The notes below the pieces were generated by a model. The model was not told the origin of the DNA. It made no database searches and was given only the letters and a program-made list of their open reading frames with translations. From an uncultured virus (IMG/VR IMGVR_UViG_3300027917_000036) (taxonomy: Duplodnaviria; Heunggongvirae; Uroviricota; Caudoviricetes): DNA of 64,000 nucleotides. The stretch lies in the IMG/VR virus record IMGVR_UViG_3300027917_000036, one strand, 5' to 3'. Of this stretch, positions 11,075-21,183 are shown piece after piece (the first letter of the stretch is position 1; each line of letters opens with the position of its first letter). Both the position numbers and the translations under genes were made by a program.

Positions 11075-11608
11075 ATGGAGGTTAGAATGGATCTGGACGT
11101 TGTAAATACCGCTTCTCATTTTGATTGGCCAGAGGTTGCAAAAATTGCTGGTGGCGTAAGCATTTCACTATTAGGTATTATAGGAGGGATGATTGGCTAC
11201 TTGTTAAAAAGGCAAGGAATGATTCCTGAACTTAAATTGGCCGTAGATAAGATGAGTGAGAAGTTGACAAACGAGATAAATGACAGGAGGTATTCTGTTG
11301 ATCACGCAATCAGCACGTTTAATAAGGAACTTTCTGAAGAACGTGCTTTTAGTAAAGAAGTGATAAAAGATATTAGTGATAAGTTAGAAAAGAATACCCA
11401 GCAGATTATTGCAAACTTTAAATCCCAATGCACGTTGACCCAGGCAGCGTGCTCTGGGGCTATGGCTAAAGACCTGGAACACTTCGGCAATCGTTTAGAG
11501 CTGAACTGTTCAAAGATAGCAGCTATTCAACGTCAACGCCAAGATAAATGGAAAGAACAGGACAAACTGAATTTGCAATTTACACGCGGTTTGAATAATC
11601 ATAAGTAG
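11075..11608 (+). CDS. Membrane-anchored coiled-coil protein
   Basis: One N-terminal transmembrane (TM) segment followed by coiled coil. Confidence 0.5.
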   Translation: MEVRMDLDVVNTASHFDWPEVAKIAGGVSISLLGIIGGMIGYLLKRQGMIPELKLAVDKMSEKLTNEINDRRYSVDHAISTFNKELSEERAFSKEVIKDISDKLEKNTQQIIANFKSQCTLTQAACSGAMAKDLEHFGNRLELNCSKIAAIQRQRQDKWKEQDKLNLQFTRGLNNHK

Positions 11609-11615
11609 AAAGGAG

Positions 11616-11903
11616 GTGAGAATAATGGAAGATACAATTAATTTTGGCCAGTATGGGTTGACCATCCTGATGACAATAGTGCTTATGATAGTATATAAAT
11701 GCGTTCCAAAAATACCTGATCGCTATAAAGCACTAATAGCAGTGCTTGTCGGGATGGCCTTGGGCGTTGTTTCAATTCCTTATCATGGACATGCTTTTAC
11801 ATTGGTGCGTTTGGTTGATGTCCTGATAGGTGGATTAATGGCTGGTGCGTCGTATAGTGGACTTTATGAATTACAACGAACAGTAACGAAGCCCAGATCG
11901 TAG
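11616..11903 (+). CDS. Holin-like membrane protein
   Basis: About 95 aa, three TM segments, G..AGAS.SGLYE motif, basic C-terminus. Confidence 0.65.
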   Translation: MRIMEDTINFGQYGLTILMTIVLMIVYKCVPKIPDRYKALIAVLVGMALGVVSIPYHGHAFTLVRLVDVLIGGLMAGASYSGLYELQRTVTKPRS

Positions 11904-11917
11904 AGGGTCAAGTTATC

Positions 11918-12364
11918 ATGGAGGTAATCACAATGAACAAAGTATTCACTTTAGGAAAAGTTTTGCAGATATCGTTTTGGTCCCTAATGGTGATACTTAT
12001 TGCTATATACATTATTATGATATCAGCATGTGCCAGTATGGATATTAAGATGTCGCAGGAGAATACTGCTGCGTATTTTAACAAGACATATTTGTCAGAA
12101 CTTGCAAAACAAAAAAGAGATGTGGCTGAACATAATGCTGAGGTTCGTGCCAAACCTGATGGTCAGCTTACGGAGGAAGAGCTAAAAGTTAGAAATGAAA
12201 AGCGTTCCTTCTATGAAAAACGTCAGGAATTACTTGAAAAGGCAAAACCGATGCTGGATCTTTACAATAACTTATTGCTTGGAGATCAGCCAATACCTGA
12301 CGATCTGGAAAATCGGTTGGAACCAATAATCCGTGAACTTGCCGAATTAACTTTAGGCGGTTGA
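11918..12364 (+). CDS. Putative lipoprotein
   Basis: Hydrophobic signal followed by an ISAC lipobox-like motif. Confidence 0.45.
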   Translation: MEVITMNKVFTLGKVLQISFWSLMVILIAIYIIMISACASMDIKMSQENTAAYFNKTYLSELAKQKRDVAEHNAEVRAKPDGQLTEEELKVRNEKRSFYEKRQELLEKAKPMLDLYNNLLLGDQPIPDDLENRLEPIIRELAELTLGG

Positions 12365-12543
12365 AAGGAGGGATTACAATGCCGATAACAGAGGTTGAAA
12401 TGGCAGTTGGTGGAATTATGGCTATCATCCGTTTTCTTCAAATGCAAGGAAAAACGGCCGAAGAAATTAGACAGGTGCTTAAGGAATCTGCAAGACTTGT
12501 GGCGGAGAGTGACCCTGCAACGGATGTGGAACCTATATTATAG
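12361..12543 (+). CDS. Small hypothetical protein
   Basis: ORF with SD AAGGAGG before an internal Met (probable start MPITE). Confidence 0.45.
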   Translation: MKGGITMPITEVEMAVGGIMAIIRFLQMQGKTAEEIRQVLKESARLVAESDPATDVEPIL

Positions 12544-12554
12544 GGAGAGAAAAA

Positions 12555-12998
12555 ATGTTCTTTACATATAAGAACACTGCTTTGTTTGCCCCTGAACAGT
12601 ACGGGTTTCAGCCATGTTGTTTTCACCTTGCAACTCCTGAACAGATAGATAAAGCAATAGGGGTTGGAGGGTGTGGTCCTGGTGGTATTGGTGATTACTT
12701 TGTACCGGATACTATGTATGGACTTAACATTAAACGTGCTTGTATGATCCATGATTGGATGTATCATTATGGGGTCAGCGAGCCAGACAAAGAATTATCA
12801 GATTCCATCTTTCTCAATAACATGATTAGGATCATCAGAGCTAACACAAAAAGTTTATTTCTTAAGATGTTACGGTTGAAAAGAGCAAGAACATACTATT
12901 CATCTGTGAAATACTTTGGTGGTCCGGCATTTTGGGATTCTAAGAATGAGCCGGGAACGATGGCTGAAATTCAAACAGTCATAAGGGGATTATCATGA
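12555..12998 (+). CDS. Phospholipase A2-like / DUF1353-like protein
   Basis: GCGP...ACMIHDWMY...D..F motif. Confidence 0.55.
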   Translation: MFFTYKNTALFAPEQYGFQPCCFHLATPEQIDKAIGVGGCGPGGIGDYFVPDTMYGLNIKRACMIHDWMYHYGVSEPDKELSDSIFLNNMIRIIRANTKSLFLKMLRLKRARTYYSSVKYFGGPAFWDSKNEPGTMAEIQTVIRGLS

Positions 12999-13411
12999 AA
13001 CTGCGAAATTTTTTCATCGCTACCATTATTATGTGGGTTATGGTACTTGCATGTACGTTTGCTCATGCTGGGGATAAGAATTTAACTTTTCAATGGGATC
13101 ATGATGACCCTGTAGCACAGGATGTAGTAGAGTTTCGAATCTATGCTTCAATGGCCTCGGGTGTCTACGATAAGGCGAACGATCTTTTGGAGACAATTCC
13201 GTTTACTGGTGAACAGACCGAATATACGGGATCAGGTGTTCTCACAAGCCAACAAGGCATGACGGTTCGCTGGTACTTCGTAGTTACGGCCGTCGATTCT
13301 GAAGGGAATGAGTCTGGATTTTCTAATGAAGTGTTTGAAGATATAGACTTTGAAGCTCCTGTGTCTCCAGTGAATTTTACTGTCAGGGTTGGAGTGCAAC
13401 CATCGCAATAA
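12995..13411 (+). CDS. Secreted fibronectin type III domain protein
   Basis: Signal peptide ending AHA; LTFQWD...YFVVTAVDSEGNESGFSNEV FN3 signature. Confidence 0.8.
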   Translation: MKLRNFFIATIIMWVMVLACTFAHAGDKNLTFQWDHDDPVAQDVVEFRIYASMASGVYDKANDLLETIPFTGEQTEYTGSGVLTSQQGMTVRWYFVVTAVDSEGNESGFSNEVFEDIDFEAPVSPVNFTVRVGVQPSQ

Positions 13412-13417
13412 GGTAAC

Positions 13418-13502
13418 GCACGTAACGGGCATTATATAAAAGATGGCTCCTTATGAGAGCAAATAAAAAAACAACCAAGCCCGTTACGTGCTTCATAAGG
13501 AG
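13418..13502 (+). promoter_or_regulatory. Putative SD-sequestering RNA pseudoknot
   Basis: 13-bp stem (13418-13430 / 13479-13491); loop segment CTCCTTATGA (13447-13456) is the exact complement of TCATAAGGAG (13493-13502), which contains the SD of the next gene. Confidence 0.5.
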
Positions 13503-13509
13503 ACTTATC

Positions 13510-13869
13510 ATGAAGTGGAAAATCATATCGACAGCATCAGCAATTATGGTGCTCGGTGCGTTTGCTACCACTGTGGTAACTCTGCGTGATAAAGTAGTTA
13601 TGGCTGAGGACATGGTGGTGTTTCAACAAACAATACAAAAGAATTTTGAGATACAACAAAAAGCGATTCAGAAAAACACGATTGAAATGCGAAAGAATGG
13701 TCTTAGGAATGATATTCGTTATGTGCGCGATCAAAAGCTACAGATATTGATGCGTAACAAAGTGAATAGTGAAGCCGATTTGTCTCCGGACCAATATATA
13801 TATTGGAAACAATACGACGATCAGGAAGCTGATTTATGTGATGAACTCAGTGGGCTGACGGGTCAGTGA
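13510..13869 (+). CDS. Membrane-anchored hypothetical protein
   Basis: ATG 13510 after AAGGAG; N-terminal TM segment then coiled coil. Confidence 0.55.
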   Translation: MKWKIISTASAIMVLGAFATTVVTLRDKVVMAEDMVVFQQTIQKNFEIQQKAIQKNTIEMRKNGLRNDIRYVRDQKLQILMRNKVNSEADLSPDQYIYWKQYDDQEADLCDELSGLTGQ

Positions 13870-13986
13870 TCATGATCGTAAAGTTGTTCAATATAAGGTG
13901 GGTATGGTTTGTGGCAACTACTGTTACAACTATTTCAGTGGTTTTGGCAACTTATACAATCAATCTTAGGTGGAGGTAACGAAACT

Positions 13987-16476
13987 ATGGCAATTACATA
14001 CAGTTTAGTTGCAACGGATTGGACGGTTGATAACATTACCGGAAATATCCGTTATACTGGGGATGACCATCATGAGACGTCACCCTCATATGCCACCGTC
14101 ATTGAACTCCATAGATGGCTGGGACAATTGGCTGATGACCAAGCTCCGGCAGATACAAGTGATAAGATGTATATCCCAATTCCGAAGGCGTCGGAACGGT
14201 CGACCGATAATATCATCACACTTGTGAATGGATTTAATATTGACGCTACGGCTGCAGAACATCTATATGATGGGTCGATTATTCAAAATGGCGGTGACGA
14301 AATTTGGGATGGTATTGTTAATTTTGGAAATGCAAGTGTTCAAATCCAGATCATCCAAGATGGTGCTATTATTGCAGATGATTTTTGGAACTATAATTAT
14401 GGCGGCACTGCGACTGGAGGGAGTGGTACTCAGCTTGCAGATACTGGAGCGAGTTGGGATATCGATGAATGGATCGGGTACACTATAAAGAATATTACAG
14501 ATGATGCCCGTGGTATTGCAAGTGACAATGATGGTACTACCATTGATTTTCCTTCTGGAGAACTTTACGGAACTGGTACTTTAGATTTTTCAGCATCTGA
14601 TGCTTATAGGATTGGACAACCTCTTAATCCTGATTCGGCCCAGGGCATTTCCCATCGGTTCTTAATTAAAGTCCGTGAGGATGGTGCTGACATTGACGGT
14701 CGACGACTTATTGGAATTTGTCGAAGACCAGGCAATACTTTTGCTTGGTTCCCGATCAATGGAACGAGTAGAGGCAACAATGTTTTGGCCCTTTCCGATG
14801 CAGCTGATCTTAATTATGATACCGCAAATCAAACCGTTATGGGAGCAACTTGGGACTCTGAGTTCTCTGGCGAGGATCAAGGATTCCAACAGTTTGATGT
14901 TGATGATGACGGTAATAATGAAGATTATTTTGGAAAGCTGACATGGACTGGTACTCATGATATTAACGACTTATACATGAGAGCCATGGGTGAGACTTGT
15001 GATCATGGTGGGTATACTGTTCATGGTTTAGATGGTGAAATCTTGCGTGGTGTTACGCATTCTATTGGATACGACACCGAAACTGGAGGTATTAGTATAA
15101 GTGACTATGATATGTTAGTCTGGGGAACTTATATTAATACAGGTGCTGTGACTGGCGGTCCATTTACCGTTGGTGAAGTGGTTTATGATAATGTGGCTTC
15201 GCCTTCATTTTTTGCTCGGGTGTTATCGGTTGATGGGACGGATACGTCTCTTGTAGTTAGTATCGATTCTGGCACCCTTGGAAATGGTGTAGAAATTATA
15301 GGCGCCAGTTCCGGTGCGACTGCTACTACATCTGCAGATCCAACGGAGGTGACAGGTGGCGGTGTTCTTCACGTGTTAGCTCACGATGCGACCAATGATA
15401 TTCTTTATGTGCAAGTTATCAAAGGAACGATGTGTGCTACTGATGTGACCCTTTATTATGGAGGAACAAACTTAGCAACAGCAGATCATACGGATTATGT
15501 GGTCTCTGAAACGGGCATTGATCCTTTGACAGAATTTACAATTTCCAAGACGGCACCGTATATAGGTGTATCGACTGGAAGTGCAATTATTGGTGCCCAT
15601 GGTGTTGGGATTGATGATGCGAAATTAAATTCTTCAGATTCTGTCATCCCGCTTGGAGAGAGCACACCGATTAATCCTCCATTAACAGTAACCAATACTT
15701 ATTCTGGTCTTGATCTTGTTAATCCCGACCAGATTTTGGTGGCTCCGACAGACGGAACAACGGTTGATGTTAATGGTGATCCAACTATTGGTGCGGCATA
15801 TTTTACAATTAAAACTGCATTGACAGGGGCAGCGGAGACGACTGTTTACGTTGATCAAGATCTTGCCGATAGTGATATTGATACGTGGTTGCCATCATCT
15901 GGTTATATCGATATCGTCAATGACGAAGGGTTGGTTGTAACACATGCTTATTCAGCTTATTCTGGAGCTGCCGATACGTTTACTATTTCATCGTACGACT
16001 TCTCGGGTAGTGGTGTAAACGATTCAGTTTCGGTTGGGAACTATGCCTATGTTTATCAAATGCATCTTACAACGGCTCTTACGACTGGAGCGGAGACAAG
16101 TGCTATCGTAAATGAAATAATTGGAAGTACTCCCGATTCCGGAACAATAAGAATTGTTAATGATGATGGTTTTCACATCAGGCATCCATACTCTGCATAC
16201 GATGACGCCACAGATACTTTCACTATTACAAGTGCTGATTTTTCTGGTGATGGGTTAACGGAACAGGCCAGTATTGGTAGCGGAGTCTATGTGACTTATA
16301 TTGATAAGGCTGCTGCATCTGCCTCTGAGACCTTTACGGCAGTTTATGATGTTGATCTAAATTTGACAGTAGTTGTGCGCGATGGTGGTGGTACGCCGAT
16401 CAAGGAAGATAAAAGACGGCATACTTTTACAAATTCCAATGCAAGTCTCGGTATAACAAGAACAAGTGATACGTAA
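13987..16476 (+). CDS. Large acidic beta-rich virion protein
   Basis: ATG 13987 after GGAGG; D/G/T-rich; internal duplicated module (TALT.GAET...SG.I.IVND.G....H.YSAY....DTFTI). Confidence 0.55.
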   Translation: MAITYSLVATDWTVDNITGNIRYTGDDHHETSPSYATVIELHRWLGQLADDQAPADTSDKMYIPIPKASERSTDNIITLVNGFNIDATAAEHLYDGSIIQNGGDEIWDGIVNFGNASVQIQIIQDGAIIADDFWNYNYGGTATGGSGTQLADTGASWDIDEWIGYTIKNITDDARGIASDNDGTTIDFPSGELYGTGTLDFSASDAYRIGQPLNPDSAQGISHRFLIKVREDGADIDGRRLIGICRRPGNTFAWFPINGTSRGNNVLALSDAADLNYDTANQTVMGATWDSEFSGEDQGFQQFDVDDDGNNEDYFGKLTWTGTHDINDLYMRAMGETCDHGGYTVHGLDGEILRGVTHSIGYDTETGGISISDYDMLVWGTYINTGAVTGGPFTVGEVVYDNVASPSFFARVLSVDGTDTSLVVSIDSGTLGNGVEIIGASSGATATTSADPTEVTGGGVLHVLAHDATNDILYVQVIKGTMCATDVTLYYGGTNLATADHTDYVVSETGIDPLTEFTISKTAPYIGVSTGSAIIGAHGVGIDDAKLNSSDSVIPLGESTPINPPLTVTNTYSGLDLVNPDQILVAPTDGTTVDVNGDPTIGAAYFTIKTALTGAAETTVYVDQDLADSDIDTWLPSSGYIDIVNDEGLVVTHAYSAYSGAADTFTISSYDFSGSGVNDSVSVGNYAYVYQMHLTTALTTGAETSAIVNEIIGSTPDSGTIRIVNDDGFHIRHPYSAYDDATDTFTITSADFSGDGLTEQASIGSGVYVTYIDKAAASASETFTAVYDVDLNLTVVVRDGGGTPIKEDKRRHTFTNSNASLGITRTSDT

Positions 16477-16847
16477 TGCCAAAAAATGTTGAAAAAGTCG
16501 AATGTATTTCTTGCGGTATATGCTGCGGTCATCAAAGGGATTACCCCTTTGGTGGTTGCTCGTATTCAAAAGAAGAACCGATCCCGACAGGAGTGAAAGT
16601 TATACAAGAAGGAGATAACTATCGTATACCTGTTGATAATAACGACGTTTGTATTTATGTAGAAGTTCTTGATAATGGATTTACAAAGTGCAAGATTCAT
16701 GACAAAAAACCATTGATGTGCAAATATTATTATTGTCTGTTAGAACAAAAGATAACTTCGTTGAAAAGAATAATCGAATATCTTGAAAAGAAGTGTGAAA
16801 ACAGACATAGTTTAATCCATTTAGTGAATAGTTTAAAGGTGAGATAA
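16476..16847 (+). CDS. Cys-cluster (YkgJ/CxxCxxCC-like) Zn or Fe-S protein
   Basis: CISCGICC ... C ... CKIHDKKPLMCKYYYC. Confidence 0.75.
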   Translation: MPKNVEKVECISCGICCGHQRDYPFGGCSYSKEEPIPTGVKVIQEGDNYRIPVDNNDVCIYVEVLDNGFTKCKIHDKKPLMCKYYYCLLEQKITSLKRIIEYLEKKCENRHSLIHLVNSLKVR

Positions 16848-16848
16848 G

Positions 16849-18864
16849 ATGGCAACAGCAACTCTTGGTCTTCTGGGCCATACTGAAATAGATGATGCAG
16901 ACGCCAACACTGACTGGACGAATTTTGATACGGCAGATCCTGATATTAAAAAAGAAGGTTCCAATGCAATGGCTGGAATCTTGAGAGCTGATTTGGATGT
17001 GGGATATTGTGATAAGGGAACGGCTCCAGTAACAGCTGCCGATAAGCATGCAAGAATGTGGATCAATACTATTAACGTTCCATACATGGAGGATGAAGCT
17101 GGAGGTGGCTATGAGTTCTACATGTATGACGGTTCTTCTACTCAGTACATTACTGTTTTTAGTTCTGATGATTATTTTGGAGGTTGGTTTAATATAGTAA
17201 TAGATTGTAACTTATACACTTCATTAACCTTGGCCAATGTCCAACGATGGGGAATTAGAGCAAATCATACAAGTAATGCTAAGAATGCGAATAATACTTG
17301 GGTCGATTTCCTGAGATATTCCGATGGCTACTATATAACAGGGGCCACCTCATTTTCAGATCCAGTAACATTGGCAGACGTTGCTATTGCAGATCGCGGA
17401 ACAACTACCCTATATGGATACGGTATAATAGAAGAGGTTGAAGGGGTATATCTTGCATTTGGCGAATTGCAATTAGGTAATAGTACGACAACTACTTATT
17501 TTGAAATGGATGGAGAAGTTCTTGTTTTCACGGACCAACCAGTAGCCGATGGGCTTTACACTATTACTGGGAATGGTAGTGGGGCCAACATACGAATCAT
17601 TGGTTCGACTATCTTGGCAGCAGGTTCAAATGATAATTGTAGGTTTGACGTTGACTTCTCAACAGATAGCCCTAATGACGTAGATTTTTATGGAAACGTT
17701 CTTAATCGGGGTGGGACTTTTCTATTTGCCAGTGGACAGGATGCTTCTGACAATACATATGCGAACTGCGATCAGGTAACCACTTTAGGAGCTGATGTAT
17801 CAGGTTCTTCTTTTATTGAATCGATAGTTGCTGCGGATACTGGTGCTCTGTATTGGAATGCTTCTTATACAGATACCTATATTGATAACTGTGATTTTAC
17901 CATGGGAAGTAATTCTCATCACGCTATCGATTTTGGCACATCAGTAACAAGTAATCTTACGCTAAGAAATTGTGATTTTAATGGGTTTGGGTCTACCGAT
18001 GATTCCAATGATTCCACTATTCGATTCCTGGCAACGTCTGGATCTTTGACATTGAGTTTAGAAAACTGTAGGGTCAATGGTGCAGCCGCATCTGCAAGTA
18101 ACTTTAGCGTGGATGATGCTGCTGGAATAACTGTTACAGTTTCGATTGATCCGGTCACTGTAGAGATTACTTGTGTTACAAAAGATGGAACACCACTCGA
18201 AGATATCAGGGCGTATGGTGCTGCGAGGGCAAAATCAAGCGGGACTGCAACGACAGATACAACGGATAAGTTGGTTGATACTAATGCAACCTTTCAAACC
18301 GATGGGGTGGCTATTAACGATGTAGCATTTAATCAAACTGATGGGACTTCTGCATTAGTAACTGCGGTGGATTCTGAAACTTCATTGTCTCTTGATTCGG
18401 ATGCTTTTCCAGATGGTGATGAAGACTATAGGGTTGGAGGTGCTTTCCCAGTAGAAGATACTGTTACAATAGTGAATAGCGGAACGACTGCTACTGTTAC
18501 ACATACCGGACATGGGATGGCTTCAAATGATTATGTTTATATTGAAGGTGGTAGCTTAGACGAGAACGAAGGGGTATTTCAAATCACCTATATCAATGCC
18601 AATAGTTATAGTTATACAATGGCAAGTTCGCCAGGATCATCTCCTACCGGAACTATTACATCTACGTTTGTAGCATTGTATGGGTTGAGTGATGTGAATG
18701 GTGAAGTATCAACTTCCAGAGTTTATGCGACCCCTCAGCCAATAAGAGGGTGGGCAAGAAATACCGCATCTGGTTCTCCCTATTATCAGGAAGGTGTTAT
18801 CACAGGTACTATCAGTTCAACAGCTGGATTTAGCGGAGCTGCCGTATTGGTGCCAGACGAATAA
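16849..18864 (+). CDS. Virion protein with probable beta-helix region
   Basis: NCDF repeats; TATVTHTGHGM..DYVYI module. Confidence 0.5.
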   Translation: MATATLGLLGHTEIDDADANTDWTNFDTADPDIKKEGSNAMAGILRADLDVGYCDKGTAPVTAADKHARMWINTINVPYMEDEAGGGYEFYMYDGSSTQYITVFSSDDYFGGWFNIVIDCNLYTSLTLANVQRWGIRANHTSNAKNANNTWVDFLRYSDGYYITGATSFSDPVTLADVAIADRGTTTLYGYGIIEEVEGVYLAFGELQLGNSTTTTYFEMDGEVLVFTDQPVADGLYTITGNGSGANIRIIGSTILAAGSNDNCRFDVDFSTDSPNDVDFYGNVLNRGGTFLFASGQDASDNTYANCDQVTTLGADVSGSSFIESIVAADTGALYWNASYTDTYIDNCDFTMGSNSHHAIDFGTSVTSNLTLRNCDFNGFGSTDDSNDSTIRFLATSGSLTLSLENCRVNGAAASASNFSVDDAAGITVTVSIDPVTVEITCVTKDGTPLEDIRAYGAARAKSSGTATTDTTDKLVDTNATFQTDGVAINDVAFNQTDGTSALVTAVDSETSLSLDSDAFPDGDEDYRVGGAFPVEDTVTIVNSGTTATVTHTGHGMASNDYVYIEGGSLDENEGVFQITYINANSYSYTMASSPGSSPTGTITSTFVALYGLSDVNGEVSTSRVYATPQPIRGWARNTASGSPYYQEGVITGTISSTAGFSGAAVLVPDE

Positions 18865-18875
18865 GGAGAAAAAAA

Positions 18876-19154
18876 ATGAGTGAGAAGAGAGCCAAGCAAG
18901 ACAGAAGAATCAAACCTGGAGAATTGGAAAATGTTAAGGCATCTGAAGAAGTTACAAGACGTAATGTTCAGTCCGGCATACAGTTTGCAAACGATACACG
19001 TAAGATGGTACTTGAATTAAAGGTAATGTTTGATGCTTTGCAAAATGGTTTTCTTAATATGAAAAATGAAATTTCTGAATTGAGAAGACAGCTGGCTTTC
19101 GTGCAACAAAGACAAGTAGCAGGAGGCACAAAGGACTATGGCGATCAGCGTTAA
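18876..19154 (+). CDS. Hypothetical coiled-coil protein
   Basis: SD AAGGAG; heptad pattern. Confidence 0.5.
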   Translation: MSEKRAKQDRRIKPGELENVKASEEVTRRNVQSGIQFANDTRKMVLELKVMFDALQNGFLNMKNEISELRRQLAFVQQRQVAGGTKDYGDQR

Positions 19155-20595
19155 CCCAATGACCCATGTGATAACTGTTCCTCAAGCCGATTTGACCCCT
19201 CTTGGTGGTGGATTTTATGAATTAGATCTTGATGACTTCCGGCAATGGCTCAAGGCTTGGGAGGACAACCAAGATTATCCTATAACTATGCTTAAAACGC
19301 ATAACCATAATACAGAAGTAACGATTAGCGGTACTACTTATGCTCGTCTTATAGAAGTGTTGGCTCCTTATACTGTAGAATTTGAGAACGGCCAGTATAC
19401 TATTAATTGCACTGGAGCAAATCATAATCTGGCAGATGTCAAAGTATTAAATCAGGTGTCACTTATCATTAATAATTCGGCAGGTTTGCAGACGGTTATT
19501 CAGGGTTCTGGAGTTACGGAACAAGATAAGACTGATATAGCAGGGCTTTCGGCCACTGCTGTTTGGAATGAACAAGAAGCGGAAGATCTTGAGAGTGATG
19601 TGAATTTTATTAAAGCAGTAGAAGGGGGAAGATGGAAAATATTTGCCTCCGAATTTCAACAGAGGTTTTATGATGAAGACAATGTAACAGAGATTGCTCG
19701 ATTTAGATTATTGGATTCTGACGGCAACCCTTCTGTTACTGATGTGTATGAACGTGTTAGAATGACCACTACTACAACGACATCAACAACAACCACAAGC
19801 ACAACAACCACAACTACAAGCACAAGTACTACAAGCACAAGTACTACAACGACAACAACAACTACAACAACCAGTTCTTCAACGACTGAACCATACCTTG
19901 TTTTTGAGGATGACTTTGCCGGAAGTTCTTTGGACACCGGAAAATGGACGGAATCCAATAATCAAACGGCTTCCGTTACCGTCAACAACCAATTGGAATT
20001 GAACACCGGAACCGGGACGGCCCATTGTGGGGCGCATGTTTATACTGATGATAACTTCAGTAAAACCAAAATTATCAAGTTGACTTGTGAATGGAAAGCC
20101 GGAACAAATCACTATAGTTCGGCTTGGTCCCCAAGGATTGATATTTGTAAGCCTACAGCAGGAAGAGATAGCAATTATGGGTCTCGTGATGAGTACTTTG
20201 TTAGTTTATTCTTAAGAAGCTACTTAGACACAACCGATGTAGAAGAAATTTCTTTCCGTGAAACAGTTACTGGAGTGTCGCCATTTACTACTTTGGATGA
20301 AACTAATACTCCTGGCTTTGATGAATTGATATGGCATGATGTGACGATAACTATTAATAGTTATACAAGGGTTTTCCATGTAAATATTGATGATTATTGG
20401 ACACTGAATGGTACCATTGGTTCATCTGCTTGGTCTAATATAGGTAGTACTTTTAAAATTGAATTGGGGAATAATAATTTTGAACGGGTTGATACGGAAT
20501 ATTTCCGCAATCTTAAATTGTATTTAATCCCAACAACAACGACAACTACTACTACAACTACAACTACTACTACAACTACAACGAGTACAACTTAA
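19138..20595 (+). CDS. Virion protein with lectin-like domain flanked by poly-Thr tracts
   Basis: About 40-residue Thr/Ser tract, LVFEDDF..SLDT.KW ConA-like start, C-terminal Thr tail. Confidence 0.6.
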   Translation: MAISVNPMTHVITVPQADLTPLGGGFYELDLDDFRQWLKAWEDNQDYPITMLKTHNHNTEVTISGTTYARLIEVLAPYTVEFENGQYTINCTGANHNLADVKVLNQVSLIINNSAGLQTVIQGSGVTEQDKTDIAGLSATAVWNEQEAEDLESDVNFIKAVEGGRWKIFASEFQQRFYDEDNVTEIARFRLLDSDGNPSVTDVYERVRMTTTTTTSTTTTSTTTTTTSTSTTSTSTTTTTTTTTTSSSTTEPYLVFEDDFAGSSLDTGKWTESNNQTASVTVNNQLELNTGTGTAHCGAHVYTDDNFSKTKIIKLTCEWKAGTNHYSSAWSPRIDICKPTAGRDSNYGSRDEYFVSLFLRSYLDTTDVEEISFRETVTGVSPFTTLDETNTPGFDELIWHDVTITINSYTRVFHVNIDDYWTLNGTIGSSAWSNIGSTFKIELGNNNFERVDTEYFRNLKLYLIPTTTTTTTTTTTTTTTTTSTT

Positions 20596-20608
20596 CGGAG
20601 GGATTATT

Positions 20609-21178
20609 ATGGGAGGGAATTTACAAGATAAACTAACAAGAGCTGGAGTCATGATGGAATATGGCCATCATGAAAATCACGATGGAAAATTATTTTCTAT
20701 AAACTATTCAAAAACTGGAGTAGGTGCTGCTGGAACTTTGGAGGTTCGGTTATCCACGGTAGCCGGAAAAACGTTTCTTCATGCTCTTCCTTCTATATAT
20801 GCGTCGGCAGGATGTGATGTAGAAGTATTTGAGCATACGACAAAGACTCATGTTGGTGGGAATGCGCTGACGGCAAAAAATAAAAATCGTAATTATCACG
20901 CCAGAACGTTGTCAGCTTTGAGTCAGGCTTGCCATACTCCTGGTGGATCTGAGACTCCAGCAGCATTGTTTAATTGGAGAGTCGGAGGATTCCGTGCTGC
21001 TGGAGATAGAAGAGCGGTTAATGAAATAGTTCTCAAGCAAGATGCCGCTTATTCGTTTGTTGTAACAGCGGATGGTGCTGGAACGGATATTAATTTCGAT
21101 TTGACTATGTATGAAAAGCCTGATCCGTTCTTTACAACCACAACAACGACAACTACTACTACAACCACAACGACATAG
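20609..21178 (+). CDS. Hypothetical (virion) protein with C-terminal poly-Thr
   Basis: Ends in 14 Thr; SD GGAGG. Confidence 0.55.
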   Translation: MGGNLQDKLTRAGVMMEYGHHENHDGKLFSINYSKTGVGAAGTLEVRLSTVAGKTFLHALPSIYASAGCDVEVFEHTTKTHVGGNALTAKNKNRNYHARTLSALSQACHTPGGSETPAALFNWRVGGFRAAGDRRAVNEIVLKQDAAYSFVVTADGAGTDINFDLTMYEKPDPFFTTTTTTTTTTTTTT

Positions 21179-21183
21179 TAGTC

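Noticed and set aside
2573..21175. ACN runs as microsatellites or diversity-generating-retroelement repeats
   Set aside because: Third codon positions are mixed, and no reverse transcriptase or template/variable repeat pair was seen.
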